Part shown: in pieces, positions 1 through 9,627 of the stretch
Numbering within the stretch: position 1 is the first letter of the stretch
How the letters are laid out: every line of letters begins with the position of its first letter
From: a virus
IMG/VR virus record: IMGVR_UViG_3300029258_003681
Direction: 5' to 3' (one strand)
DNA: 64,000 nucleotides
Position numbers and translations under genes: made by a program
The notes under the pieces: generated by a model
What the model was told of the DNA's origin: nothing
Database searches by the model: none
What the model saw: the letters and a program-made list of their open reading frames with translations, nothing else

Positions 1-186
1 ACCGCAAACTTGACGAGGATCGTGCAAAGATGAAGCGCGGAGAGTGCCCTCGTTGTGGTGGCAAATTGACTGTCGTGGTTGATGAGGAGCGGTCGTGCGA
101 GAGATTGGTCAGGTCAGACACGACATGTGATGGGTGCGATTTTAGTTCGCAGGCGTTTACTGATAGGGCGCATTGGGAGAAAAATA

Positions 187-612
187 ATGAGAGGGACGAT
201 AAAGCATAAGAAATTCGGTCGCGTCTGCATGTGCGATTGCCACAAGGATGGCAGTGGCGTCATGCACGTGGTGGGGTGCTGTCGGCTGACTTACCGAAAG
301 TATATTAACGAGGATGGCACTCTTGACGAGGACCGACTGCTTGCGTTGTACCAGAAGTACGGCATCCCGCTGTGGACGTGGTGGGATCATCTCAAGGACT
401 GGTTCAGTGGAACCTGGATCGCAAGAAGGTGGCAGAAGTGGATCTGGTGGAGGCGCCTCAAGCACTTCAAGTTGCCGATGATCAAGAAGACGTACCCAGT
501 GCTGAAGGCAGAGGACATCGTCTCTGTGCAGCCAATGACTGCGCTTGTTCCAGATGGAACATTCAAATATGTACATAAGGGACAAACCGAGGAGAAAGAC
601 CCAAATGGCTGA
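187..612 (+). CDS. Hypothetical protein with C-terminal gp23/Gol-like segment
   Basis: ORF 79..612, start uncertain. C-terminal LPMIKKTYPVLKAEDIVSVQPMTA resembles FPILRRVFPNLIANQLVSVQPMTA in the capsid protein at 42937..43011. Confidence 0.65.
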   Translation: MRGTIKHKKFGRVCMCDCHKDGSGVMHVVGCCRLTYRKYINEDGTLDEDRLLALYQKYGIPLWTWWDHLKDWFSGTWIARRWQKWIWWRRLKHFKLPMIKKTYPVLKAEDIVSVQPMTALVPDGTFKYVHKGQTEEKDPNG

Positions 613-1006
613 AAAAAGAATGACCTGGAAACAGGATGAAGAGGATAGGGTAGAGCTTCTTTCGGATGGTACGATGGTATGCTTCTGGCTTCCTGGAGAG
701 GAGGAACGGGGCATAGCCGTGTGGTACGATGGCGAGGCGATTATTGTAGAGCCACACTGTCCTGATTCTTCGATGCGTGCTGATGTGGTTAATGAAAAGT
801 GTGTGACTATTCGTTACGCGAAGGAAGGCGACAAGCTAAAGCCACTGCCGCCAAAGCCAAAGTTTCCTCCGCTAAGGATGATTCGCGAAGGTTCTTCTGC
901 GCCTCCATGTCCAAAGTGTGGCAGCTCGCAGATGCGAAAATTTCCACTGTTTGGCAAGGTGACTGGATGTATCCAGCCAGAATGTGAGAATTATTATGGG
1001 CGATAA
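605..1006 (+). CDS. Hypothetical protein with C-terminal Zn-ribbon
   Basis: Overlaps upstream stop; CPKC...CIQPEC. Confidence 0.6.
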   Translation: MAEKRMTWKQDEEDRVELLSDGTMVCFWLPGEEERGIAVWYDGEAIIVEPHCPDSSMRADVVNEKCVTIRYAKEGDKLKPLPPKPKFPPLRMIREGSSAPPCPKCGSSQMRKFPLFGKVTGCIQPECENYYGR

Positions 1007-1125
1007 GATGAGCGAAGAGGTTGTCAAGGCATTGACGGGCAGAGCCAGTCCGACTATCGTATTAGCCATGTTGTGGTGACTTTGAACGTAGTGGATAAGT
1101 GATGTGTTGAAAAGGGGAGAGTTGA

Positions 1126-1854
1126 ATGTTGTCTGCTGATATTGAATCGAATCTTGATAGTATTGAGGTTGCTCTTGAGCAGGAACGGGTTGACTTAGAG
1201 AGGAGATTGGCGGCGAACGCTGCTAAAAGAGAGTCATTAAACCAGCTTCGTAGTATGATTGCTGGTGATTCTGTGGATGATCAGGAGGATGGCGAGCCTG
1301 TCTTGGCTGCCTCGGCGTCCCCCCCCGCGCCGAAGTCGAATCGGGTTCGTCGTTCTCCTAATCCTCCACAGGCGCCGAAGAAGAAAGCCAAAAAGAAGAA
1401 GCCCCCAAAGAAGCGTAAGGCCAGCAAGAAGAAGCCCAAGAAAAAGTCCAAAGCTGTTCTCGAAGCTTTGTCGCTCCTTCCTCCTGGCAGTCCGCGCGTC
1501 AGCTCTGTTGCGGACCCTCCTGATGAAGAGTTTGCTGGGGAGCCAATTTCGTGTAGCAATGGTGACAAAGAGATTAGAGAGGGTACGAACTTGGAATTGT
1601 GCGTGGATGCACTGCGCGGTCGATGTGGGCATTGGCTCACTGCGGACGGAATATCCGAGGCCATTGTTGCTCTGGGCCTCAAGCCCAAGGATGCTCTTCC
1701 TGCGGGTATTGTTCCGATCTTATGTGATTGCCTGAAGACGCTTCGCGGCGATGATTACCAGGTGCCTTTTCTTTGGTATCGGTCCAATGGTCGTCGGTTT
1801 GAATATCGAATCACCGTGGATGATCAGGGCGAGAAGGAGGATACGCAGCCTTGA
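1126..1854 (+). CDS. Hypothetical protein (N-terminal coiled coil, Lys-rich linker)
   Basis: 242-aa ORF, SD-like GGGGAG upstream, KKKAKKKK tract. Confidence 0.65.
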   Translation: MLSADIESNLDSIEVALEQERVDLERRLAANAAKRESLNQLRSMIAGDSVDDQEDGEPVLAASASPPAPKSNRVRRSPNPPQAPKKKAKKKKPPKKRKASKKKPKKKSKAVLEALSLLPPGSPRVSSVADPPDEEFAGEPISCSNGDKEIREGTNLELCVDALRGRCGHWLTADGISEAIVALGLKPKDALPAGIVPILCDCLKTLRGDDYQVPFLWYRSNGRRFEYRITVDDQGEKEDTQP

Positions 1855-1875
1855 AAAAGACGTTCCTCGCGCCGT

Positions 1876-2322
1876 GTGCGTGCTGTCCGTGCTTCTACTT
1901 TGCCCATCAAGAAGATGAGCGTAACAAAACGAACGCGCGGATTGTTGTATGCGGAAAAATACTCTCGGCCACGGGTGCGGGGAGAATGTTATGGCTTTCA
2001 CCGCCCGTGTCCATTCGTGGGTTGTCTCTACAACCTTTATCTCGATGTGAACGAGGACACGGGGTCGATCAAATTCAATTTCCCCGATCTGGAGCCATGG
2101 GAGGTGGACGAGAGTTGTGTTTTGGACGTGGCCGCACGAGGCGAGCATACGTTGGAGGAATGCGGAGCCTTGATGAACCTCACGCGGGAGAGGATTCGCC
2201 AATATGAAGAGGCGCTGATTCCATTGTTGGCGGCTCGGGATCGGGTGCAACGGATATACGAAGAGGGTCTTGAGTCGTCGGCGGAAAACTGGGATGGGCC
2301 GCAAATAGTCGGGATTGAATAG
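1876..2322 (+). CDS. Sigma-70 region 4-like HTH protein with Cys-rich N-domain
   Basis: [20 protein letters not shown] (sigma r4.2 HTH) preceded by [30 protein letters not shown]. Start uncertain. Confidence 0.8.
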   Translation: MRAVRASTLPIKKMSVTKRTRGLLYAEKYSRPRVRGECYGFHRPCPFVGCLYNLYLDVNEDTGSIKFNFPDLEPWEVDESCVLDVAARGEHTLEECGALMNLTRERIRQYEEALIPLLAARDRVQRIYEEGLESSAENWDGPQIVGIE

Positions 2323-2355
2323 AGGAGTGAAAGGCATGGGTGGAAAATAGGAAAA

Positions 2356-2871
2356 GTGATGGACGTAGCGATTCCTAATGCAAGAATAGACGGAATAGAG
2401 GATGGCAAATATGTGGTTCATATTGTTGATCAGGGTGTCGTTCATGTTCCAGATCATGTTGTTTCCGATGATTCGGAGGTGTGGAAGGTTGGTGACAGTG
2501 GGGTGTTATTGGTGAAGAGATGGTGGGCAAGCGAAAATAAAATTCGATGGAAAAAGATAGAGAAGCACGAGGAAGAATCTGATGGTGCCCCAGTGGAGTT
2601 GTTTCTCAAGCCTGCGAATCTGATTTCTCGTTGGAGAAGGATGCCTGTCGATAGTGGTGGGAAAAAGAAGAGTAAGGCTGCGAAGAGGCGGGAAAGAAAG
2701 GCTTTAAAAAAACGGAAGGCTGGGAGAGAAAAGCAGAAAAAATTTCTTGAGCGTATTCGGAAAAATACTCGGGAGGATGCGAAAAAGAGAGAAGTGAAAG
2801 AGTCTTCGTTTGAGAAGCCTTCTGGGTATGTGGGTTTGACAATACATGGGTTGCTGAAAGACGATGGGTGA
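2356..2871 (+). CDS. Hypothetical protein, basic C-terminus
   Basis: 171-aa ORF in co-directional gene string. Confidence 0.55.
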   Translation: MMDVAIPNARIDGIEDGKYVVHIVDQGVVHVPDHVVSDDSEVWKVGDSGVLLVKRWWASENKIRWKKIEKHEEESDGAPVELFLKPANLISRWRRMPVDSGGKKKSKAAKRRERKALKKRKAGREKQKKFLERIRKNTREDAKKREVKESSFEKPSGYVGLTIHGLLKDDG

Positions 2872-3100
2872 CAAGAACAAAATGGTCGAGGATTTTTCCA
2901 AGGGGGACAAGGTCAGATATGTCCCGCGCCATGCCAGTGGTGATGTAAACCACGAGGACTGCCAGAACGGGGTAGTTTCGTCGACTAACGACGAGTGGGT
3001 GTTCGTGAAGTACGACAACTTGGACTGTGTGATGATCACTGGAGACGAGCCGTACACAGCGCAGGCCACAGATCCGAGCGATCTCGTTCGATGGGGATAG
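2864..3100 (+). CDS. Hypothetical phage protein
   Basis: Overlapping start/stop; KGDKVRYVP...NGVVSS..VFVKY. Confidence 0.6.
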   Translation: MGDKNKMVEDFSKGDKVRYVPRHASGDVNHEDCQNGVVSSTNDEWVFVKYDNLDCVMITGDEPYTAQATDPSDLVRWG

Positions 3101-3102
3101 TT

Positions 3103-3306
3103 ATGGATGACAAGATCAAGGTCGAATGTAATCAGTGCAAGCCACATCGCTGCCCCGTTTGTCACGGCGAGGGGCATGTTCCGTCCACGACACGATCCGC
3201 CGGTAGGAATGGGAGATCGTATCAGAAGAAAGAGATGGTAATCTGCGGGGCTTGTAAAGGAGCTAAGATCGTGTGGCCCCCGTGTAAGGAGGTGCCTTTT
3301 GGGTGA
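3103..3306 (+). CDS. Small DnaJ-type Zn-finger-like protein
   Basis: CPVCHGEG...CGACKGAK repeats. Confidence 0.55.
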   Translation: MDDKIKVECNQCKPHRCPVCHGEGHVPSTTRSAGRNGRSYQKKEMVICGACKGAKIVWPPCKEVPFG

Positions 3307-4081
3307 CAAAAGCAACATTGAATGGACGGATGCTACGTGGAATCCTGTAACAGGCTGTACCAAGACGAGTCCTGGGTGTGACAATTGTTACGCGGAGCGG
3401 ATGTCAAGACGGCTGAAGGCGATGGGGCAGGACGGGTACAAAGAGGGGTTCCGTCCGACAATTCACCCCGAGCGTCTCGATCAGCCGACGCGCTGGAAGA
3501 AGCCAAGGAAGGTGTTTGTGTGTTCGATGGGTGACCTCTTTCACAAGGCGATCCCAGAGAGTTTCATCGAGAATGTTTACCGTCAGATGGTTGCCAACCC
3601 GCGTCACATTTTTCAGGTCCTGACGAAGCGGCCCGATCGGATGCGGGATTTTCTGCGCTCTAACAAGGTCCACGAGCGCGCGTTCCCGCACATCTACCAC
3701 GGTGTGACGGTGGAGAACCAGGAAGCGGCCGACAGGCGGATCCCGATCCTGTTGGACTGCCCATCCGAGGTTCGGTTTTTGAGTTGCGAGCCCCTCCTTG
3801 GCCCGATTGGTATTGGCTTTGGTGGGTGTATACCTGGGCGCTGGAAGTGGCTCGATTCTAACACGCTGCACTGGGTGATTGTAGGTGGCGAGTCTGGGGC
3901 AGGGGCGCGACTCATGGATCCCACTTGGGCACAGAGTATTATCGAGCAGTGCAAAGAGAACGAGGTGCCAGTATTCATGAAGCAGTTTGGGTCCGTCTGG
4001 GCCAAGACGAATGGCGAGAGGGGTAAGGGAAAGAATATGGAGACATGGCCCGAGTGGGCGCGTAGGCAGGAGGTGCCGTGA
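3299..4081 (+). CDS. DUF5131 (phage Gp37/Gp68) family protein
   Basis: IEWTDATWNPVTGCTKTSPGCDNCYA, VFVCSMGDLFH, FQVLTKRP, FLSCEPLLG, WVIVGGESG, PVFMKQ. Confidence 0.92.
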   Translation: MGDKSNIEWTDATWNPVTGCTKTSPGCDNCYAERMSRRLKAMGQDGYKEGFRPTIHPERLDQPTRWKKPRKVFVCSMGDLFHKAIPESFIENVYRQMVANPRHIFQVLTKRPDRMRDFLRSNKVHERAFPHIYHGVTVENQEAADRRIPILLDCPSEVRFLSCEPLLGPIGIGFGGCIPGRWKWLDSNTLHWVIVGGESGAGARLMDPTWAQSIIEQCKENEVPVFMKQFGSVWAKTNGERGKGKNMETWPEWARRQEVP

Positions 4082-4599
4082 TGAAATGGTGGAGAGCAAT
4101 TTTTGATAATGCTAAGACGCACTTTATCCCTGATGAGATCAAGGACGCGATATTGAAGAACCTTGCGGATCGTAAGTGCAGGACGGCTGTTGGTTTTGCA
4201 AAGGAGCTGGGTGGCCCCCTGAGCGAAGCAAAAGAGATCGGGCTTACTCTGGGGATGCCGTGTTCTACGGAAGATTCTCACATGGAATTCGATTTGGAGG
4301 GGACAATGCTTGTCGTGGAGACTCGGGAGGTGGGTTACTTTTTGGATGAGATTCGTGAAGCTCCAGAGCGTCTGGATATTGCGGATCCCTACTATAAGAT
4401 CCATGGTAAATGGCACTGCGTTTGTTTGCTTCCTGAGCACAGGAAGAAGTTGATCAAGCTAATGGAGGCAAAGCTTCCAGAGGCGAATGCTATCACTGAG
4501 CTGGAGAACCAAAGGTTCAATGAGGCTTTGGCGAAGATTCGAAAGAAGACGAAGGTGATGATCACAGAGCGGCCAACTGTTCAGATTGGTGAGGGGTGA
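4078..4599 (+). CDS. Hypothetical protein
   Basis: GTGA overlap with upstream gene, 173 aa. Confidence 0.6.
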   Translation: MMKWWRAIFDNAKTHFIPDEIKDAILKNLADRKCRTAVGFAKELGGPLSEAKEIGLTLGMPCSTEDSHMEFDLEGTMLVVETREVGYFLDEIREAPERLDIADPYYKIHGKWHCVCLLPEHRKKLIKLMEAKLPEANAITELENQRFNEALAKIRKKTKVMITERPTVQIGEG

Positions 4600-4608
4600 G
4601 GTGGATAG

Positions 4609-4848
4609 ATGACTTTGTTGATTTTGATTTTTGTTGGGTTCTTTGTATTTTCAGTGGCTTTAGGGTTCTGGGCGGGGTGGTACGTGCGAAACGGGAAAGT
4701 GAAGGCACTTCAGGAGGATATTGACAATATATTTGTTGCGGCAAAAGATCGGGTAGGTGGCTTGGAAGAGAGTAACAAGACGCATGCTGATGTGATCTGT
4801 TCATTGTTGGACAAGATCCTGGAAAAGGAAGGGTTGAAAGATGTCTAA
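4609..4848 (+). CDS. Small membrane protein
   Basis: N-terminal hydrophobic helix LLILIFVGFFVFSVALGFWAGW. Confidence 0.6.
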   Translation: MTLLILIFVGFFVFSVALGFWAGWYVRNGKVKALQEDIDNIFVAAKDRVGGLEESNKTHADVICSLLDKILEKEGLKDV

Positions 4849-5599
4849 GGACGAAGATCGAAAGGTTGAAGGAAAGGAGTGCCCCTACAAGGCGGAGGGG
4901 TGCTCGGATGCCGATCGGTGTCCATTGTGCAAGATTAATGCTTTTGTGCGCGATGTAGCCAGGTTGGTGTTTGGTAAAGAGGCGCCAGAGGGTATTGGCG
5001 AGTCGATGATATTGTCCGAATTGGAGATGATGATCGCGAAGGCCAAGGAGACGCAGCGTGATAATGTGAATTTGAAGGTCAAGGTGGGCTCGCTTGGTAT
5101 TGAGATTGATCGGCTCAAAGCGGAGGCGATACAGGCCGAGAAAAGGGTTCATGCTGCGGGAGATCACCTTCTTCCAGCGGCGCAGGCGCTCTCCAAGCTC
5201 CAGTCAGTGTATGGGGACGATCTGACATGGGACAACCTTGCGGAGCGCGCTACCGAGGCTGTCAGGCGCCTCCAGACGCAAGCACCGCTGATGCAGGCGG
5301 TTGAGGCTGAAATGAAGGGGATGCGCGAGCGTTTGATTGTTTTGGAGCGTGAGAATGAGGATCTCAAAAGGGCCAGATCTCCCAAGGCGGAGTCGCCTCT
5401 TCCTGATCTGCCCGATTTTGTGGCCCCTCCTCTCCCTTCTCTTCCTCCTCTTCATCCCAAAGTGGCGGATGCCATTTTTGATCTGGAGACGCTTCGTGCT
5501 CGACTTGCGACGATGGAGCAGGATATGACCCCGTTTCGTTTGATCGGACGCGTACTTTCGCGTGTGTTAGATCTGGACTCTTCTCCTCGAAAGGGGTAG
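4841..5599 (+). CDS. Coiled-coil hypothetical protein
   Basis: CPYK..CPLC followed by heptad-rich helices and Pro-rich linker. Confidence 0.6.
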   Translation: MSKDEDRKVEGKECPYKAEGCSDADRCPLCKINAFVRDVARLVFGKEAPEGIGESMILSELEMMIAKAKETQRDNVNLKVKVGSLGIEIDRLKAEAIQAEKRVHAAGDHLLPAAQALSKLQSVYGDDLTWDNLAERATEAVRRLQTQAPLMQAVEAEMKGMRERLIVLERENEDLKRARSPKAESPLPDLPDFVAPPLPSLPPLHPKVADAIFDLETLRARLATMEQDMTPFRLIGRVLSRVLDLDSSPRKG

Positions 5600-5670
5600 A
5601 CTGAGCCATTGTTGGGATTACGATCCCTGTTGATGCGAACTGGAGTTCGCAATGATGAAGGAGTTGAAAG

Positions 5671-6060
5671 ATGTTTCCTTGTACGCGTAATGAAACCCGC
5701 CTCATTATGGAAGACAAAGCATGTGGAGTTGTGAGGCCCTATCCCGACGGGGCGTGCCCTCATCGGGTTGGGAGTGAGCTTGTTTTCACGTCAAAGTTTC
5801 TTCCTTGGATGGGAGACAGCGACCAATCGGTGCCGTTTGCCAAAGCTACGATTGTTAGCGTTCGCCCTGGGACAATTGGGGCTTTTCGCAAAGATGATCA
5901 GCTTGCCGAGCGGGATGGTTTTGCAAATGGGGAGGTCTGGCTGGGGCATCTGAGGCAGATACCTGGCTATGAGGATATCGGAGATGATGTCTCCGCTTAT
6001 CACATCACGTTTCGTTTGATAGAAGTAGATAAGGACGCTGGTCGCCAGAAGGCTGGTTGA
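5671..6060 (+). CDS. ASCH/PUA-like domain protein
   Basis: FAKATIVSV...LAERDGF...YHITF pattern. Confidence 0.5.
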   Translation: MFPCTRNETRLIMEDKACGVVRPYPDGACPHRVGSELVFTSKFLPWMGDSDQSVPFAKATIVSVRPGTIGAFRKDDQLAERDGFANGEVWLGHLRQIPGYEDIGDDVSAYHITFRLIEVDKDAGRQKAG

Positions 6061-6108
6061 CAAACCCTTGCGAGAGGGGATGATGTCGGCAGTGATTGCC
6101 GAAGGAGG

Positions 6109-7212
6109 TTGGTAATGTTGGGTCAGCATGTGCGGCAGCTGAAAGAGTTGCCTGAGATTAGTGTCGCCTCGACAATGGTTACAGAGGCTATTCGTGAGCA
6201 CTGGAAAGAGGAGAGATCGGCCACCGATGTTACCCTCGACAAGAAGGATCCCATCTGGAAGGAGTGGTGGATCGGTGCTTCTGCTATTCATAAGGTGTGC
6301 CCCAGGATGTTTGCGCTGATGGCAGCTCGTGGGGTAGATGGGATAGAGAAGGAAGTGTTGCGATCAGAATTGCTCTGGTTGTTCGATCAGGGGCATGCGT
6401 ACCATGATCTTTTCCAGCAGAAGATTTTGTCTTCATTTCCGACGGGGATGTTGCTTGGACGATGGAAGCGGCAAAAGAAGAACTCTCTGGCTCCATCTGA
6501 GATAGTCGAGGAATACACGCGTTTCGAGAACGAGGTGCCCGAGGGGGTGAGCTTGGAGCGCGGATGGGGGCCGAAGCCAGGTCCCAACGCGGAGAAAGAG
6601 GACGACGGCAAGGGTTGGAAATACGACGAGCCGAAGCTTCGCATCCCTGGACATCGTATTGTAGTGAAGATTGATGCGATCTTGGACTTTGGCGAGAAAG
6701 GGATCTTTGTTGGAGAGATCAAGACCGAGAAGTCCGAGGCGAAGGATGATTTGAATCCGAAGTTGGGTGGGCGCCCACGGCCGCAGCATATCGAGCAGGC
6801 GCATGTTGCTATGTGGGCTACGGGGTTGCAGCGTGCGTTGATCATCTATGTTTTCAAGGGGGAGAAATCTCTGAGTACCAGCATCATTGAGCACATTGTC
6901 GAGCGTGATGAGAAGCTGATCGATGAGATCAAAGCGCGGACGAAAGTTTGTGTTGATGCGGTTGCCCGCATGGATCGGCTTCGTGATTCCGAGGCCGAGT
7001 CGATCGGTAGATGGGAAGAGGGCATGGACAAGGAGGCTCGGGTCTTTGCAGATCTGGAGCCGAGCAAGCAGAAGGAGGTCCGTGTAAAAATGAAGGCGGC
7101 TGCTGAGGAGATGCCGAGACTTCCCGAGTGCCAGATGAAGTCGAAGGGGAAGCCCAAGTATTGTGCTGGGCGGGATCTTTGCTTCGGGGTGAGAAAGAGA
7201 AAGAAGAAATGA
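6109..7212 (+). CDS. Cas4/AddB-like PD-(D/E)XK exonuclease
   Basis: KIDAIL...GEIKT...QHIEQ..AMWATG; one N-terminal Cys (KVCPR) plus three C-terminal Cys, consistent with an Fe-S staple. Confidence 0.75.
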   Translation: MVMLGQHVRQLKELPEISVASTMVTEAIREHWKEERSATDVTLDKKDPIWKEWWIGASAIHKVCPRMFALMAARGVDGIEKEVLRSELLWLFDQGHAYHDLFQQKILSSFPTGMLLGRWKRQKKNSLAPSEIVEEYTRFENEVPEGVSLERGWGPKPGPNAEKEDDGKGWKYDEPKLRIPGHRIVVKIDAILDFGEKGIFVGEIKTEKSEAKDDLNPKLGGRPRPQHIEQAHVAMWATGLQRALIIYVFKGEKSLSTSIIEHIVERDEKLIDEIKARTKVCVDAVARMDRLRDSEAESIGRWEEGMDKEARVFADLEPSKQKEVRVKMKAAAEEMPRLPECQMKSKGKPKYCAGRDLCFGVRKRKKK

Positions 7213-7409
7213 GCGATGCTGAGAAAGCGCTGACGGTTTTTGAGGCTGCGGAGATGTTAAGGATCAAACCGAGGACTATGGCTATGTGGTGTCGAGATGG
7301 GTCATTTCCAGCATTTAAGGCGGGGAAAGAATGGCGGATTGCAGAGTCGACTGTGAACAAAGCTTTGCGTGGGGAATTGGAATTGAAGCGTAAGAAGAAA
7401 GCGATCTAG
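7209..7409 (+). CDS. Excisionase-like HTH (HTH_17) DNA-binding protein
   Basis: LTVFEAAEMLRIKPRTMAMWCRDGSFPAFKAGKEWRI. Confidence 0.85.
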   Translation: MSDAEKALTVFEAAEMLRIKPRTMAMWCRDGSFPAFKAGKEWRIAESTVNKALRGELELKRKKKAI

Positions 7410-7419
7410 GGAGCCTCTG

Positions 7420-7695
7420 ATGTCTGCCAATTCGATATTTGTGTGCCACGATTGCCGCGAGGCTGAAGAGAGCAGTTATCAATATCCTGGCGCATTGGGG
7501 CGCAAGGGTATCTTCAGTCTCACACTGGCCGAATTAAAGGAAGGCGAGTACGCGGATCGGTACAGGGACATGGAGGAGTGGATTGCGGAGCACTTGGGGC
7601 ATGATGCAGAGATGCATTCTGATGCACATGGGTGCTTCAGCGCTGCCATCTATGATTTCGATACGCGGGCGTTTGGCTACGATCCGTATAAGTGA
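7420..7695 (+). CDS. Hypothetical protein
   Basis: 91-aa ORF, CHDC motif. Confidence 0.5.
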   Translation: MSANSIFVCHDCREAEESSYQYPGALGRKGIFSLTLAELKEGEYADRYRDMEEWIAEHLGHDAEMHSDAHGCFSAAIYDFDTRAFGYDPYK

Positions 7696-8297
7696 GGAGC
7701 GAGATGTTACCGACATTTGACACGAGAGAGATGGGGTTCGAGAAGATCTGGCTCACGGCTGACCTGCACTTCGGCCACGAGACGGTGCGAGTCAAGGCTA
7801 ACCGCCCGTGGAAGAACACTGACAAGATGGATGTAGCGTTGATTCGATCGCTGAATGATCATGTTGGCCCGAAGGACTTGCTCATTATTGCGGGCGATCT
7901 CACGCTGTTTGGGCCGATGCGAGATAAGTATGTCGAGAAGATTATTTCGAAACTGCCTGGACAGAAGGTATTGGTCTTCGGGAATCACGATCGGTTTAAG
8001 CCCCAGTGGTATTTGAATCGTGGTTTCATTTTGGCGGCCACGTCCCTTGTTCTTCCAGGGGGTATTTTTGTTACGCATGACCCTGCTGAGGCGCTCGTGT
8101 GGCCCAAGGATAAACCTGTTCTGCATGGGCACATGCACGCGATGTGGCGATCCCTTGACAATATTGTGGACGTGGGCGTGGACGCGTGGGACTACAAGCC
8201 TGTACTTCTTGAGGATGCGCTGGCGATTTGTACGGAGAGCAGAGGAAATCACGACTTGGTTGCGATATCGGCCAGTCGTCACGATGAGGGAGAATAA
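7692..8297 (+). CDS. Calcineurin-like metallophosphoesterase
   Basis: ADLHFGH, AGDL, GNHD, THDP, HGHMH motifs. Confidence 0.9.
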   Translation: MRSEMLPTFDTREMGFEKIWLTADLHFGHETVRVKANRPWKNTDKMDVALIRSLNDHVGPKDLLIIAGDLTLFGPMRDKYVEKIISKLPGQKVLVFGNHDRFKPQWYLNRGFILAATSLVLPGGIFVTHDPAEALVWPKDKPVLHGHMHAMWRSLDNIVDVGVDAWDYKPVLLEDALAICTESRGNHDLVAISASRHDEGE

Positions 8298-8473
8298 TGG
8301 AAGCGAAATGTTTGGATGAAGAACGCGATTTTGGGTGTCCAGAGTGTGGCGAGATCAATATTCATCGCTGCAAGCCAGGGACGCGGATGGCTGTGTGGTG
8401 TCCGAAGTGTAAAAAGACAACCGAATACCACGTTCATGCCGATGGGGGTGTGGAGGTGATCGGAAAGGAATAG
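8297..8473 (+). CDS. Small Zn-ribbon protein (not in ORF track)
   Basis: MEAKCLDEERDFGCPECGE...WCPKCK, TAATG overlap with upstream stop. Confidence 0.55.
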   Translation: MEAKCLDEERDFGCPECGEINIHRCKPGTRMAVWCPKCKKTTEYHVHADGGVEVIGKE

Positions 8474-8512
8474 TTCCTGCGGTAAGACCGTAGGGCCAAT
8501 GAAACGGAGAGG

Positions 8513-9100
8513 ATGATGGAATTGTTGTCAGAGGTTGTGGGCGAAGCAGCTCGAAAGAAGGCTGCGGAAGCGGGAATTGTTGATGCTCCCGAGTGGCTGG
8601 GAGGCGTTCCCAAGGACAAGCAGGATGCGGCATTTTGTCGATGGGTAGATGATCGGGTTGCGTCTGCGAAGCGTGCCGTGGCAGTTATTGGCGCGCGGAA
8701 GGCTCGCAAGGAAGCCCGTGCAAAGGTGAATAGTGATATTCGGAGTGAGGGGTATGAGATCACATACTTGTATTTTGCTCATTACAATGTGGCGATTGCT
8801 TTTTATGCACAGCCCCCAGATATACAGACGGGACAGGTTGAACTGCGCTGTTACTTTGCCATTTGTTCCCCCGAGGACGAGGCAAAGTTTTCTCGTGTCA
8901 AGTCACGGGAGCTGCTTTTGAAGAGGATTCGCGACAACGATCAGGCTCACATGTTCTGTTGCTTCATCCCCAACAGGAAGCGTCGGGTGGATGTTCTTGT
9001 GCGGCGTCGGTTCTTGGAGCATGTGGAAGATCACTCTCAGGGGTTGCCGCATGATTTCGTGCAGATAATCCGTGTTCCGTTCAGGGGGAGTGGAAGGTAG
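8513..9100 (+). CDS. Hypothetical protein
   Basis: 195-aa ORF with SD GAGGA. Confidence 0.6.
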   Translation: MMELLSEVVGEAARKKAAEAGIVDAPEWLGGVPKDKQDAAFCRWVDDRVASAKRAVAVIGARKARKEARAKVNSDIRSEGYEITYLYFAHYNVAIAFYAQPPDIQTGQVELRCYFAICSPEDEAKFSRVKSRELLLKRIRDNDQAHMFCCFIPNRKRRVDVLVRRRFLEHVEDHSQGLPHDFVQIIRVPFRGSGR

Positions 9101-9105
9101 TATTA

Positions 9106-9627
9106 GTGCAGTATTTTATGGGACTTGATCTTTCGGTGAGAGGTGCGGCGGGTGTCGTTGTGGATGAGCATGGCACTCCCGTGGATCAGGGGCTTTGGGG
9201 ATGGGGTTTGTCCCGTAAATCGCCTGTCAAAGAAAAGATTGAACGCCTGATCTATATTGCTGGGAAAGTTGTCGATATGGGCCGTCGCGCATCCAGGAAT
9301 GGCGAGCTGCGAATTGCCATCGAGGACTATGCGTACAGTAGGCGTGGGGCGCAGAATGATCTGGGTGAGATCCAGGGCACGATAAAGACGCAGATATGGC
9401 TTGCGTTGACTCTCATTCCAGTTATTATCGTAGCCTCATCAGCACGCAAAAAAGTCCTGGGTAAGGGGCGTTTTTCCAAGGGTGCGAAGGGCAAAAAGGA
9501 AATAATCAAAGCCGTGTGTGATCGCGGTTTCAAAGTGAGCGATGACAATATTGCTGATGCATACGTGGTCGCTGAATGTTTACGGCTGAGAAGCAAGGAG
9601 ATGAATGATGGCAAAGAAGAAAGTTGA
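9106..9627 (+). CDS. RuvC-like Holliday junction resolvase
   Basis: MGLDLS, IAIEDY, ARKKVLGKG, KKEII, DNIADAY. Confidence 0.8.
   Translation: MQYFMGLDLSVRGAAGVVVDEHGTPVDQGLWGWGLSRKSPVKEKIERLIYIAGKVVDMGRRASRNGELRIAIEDYAYSRRGAQNDLGEIQGTIKTQIWLALTLIPVIIVASSARKKVLGKGRFSKGAKGKKEIIKAVCDRGFKVSDDNIADAYVVAECLRLRSKEMNDGKEES

Noticed and set aside
6109-7212. CRISPR-Cas locus suggested by the Cas4-like gene
   Set aside because: No repeat-spacer array or other cas genes; solo Cas4-like nucleases are common in phages.
7209-7409. Prophage integration module
   Set aside because: Only an excisionase-like HTH is present; no integrase, att site or host flank is visible.
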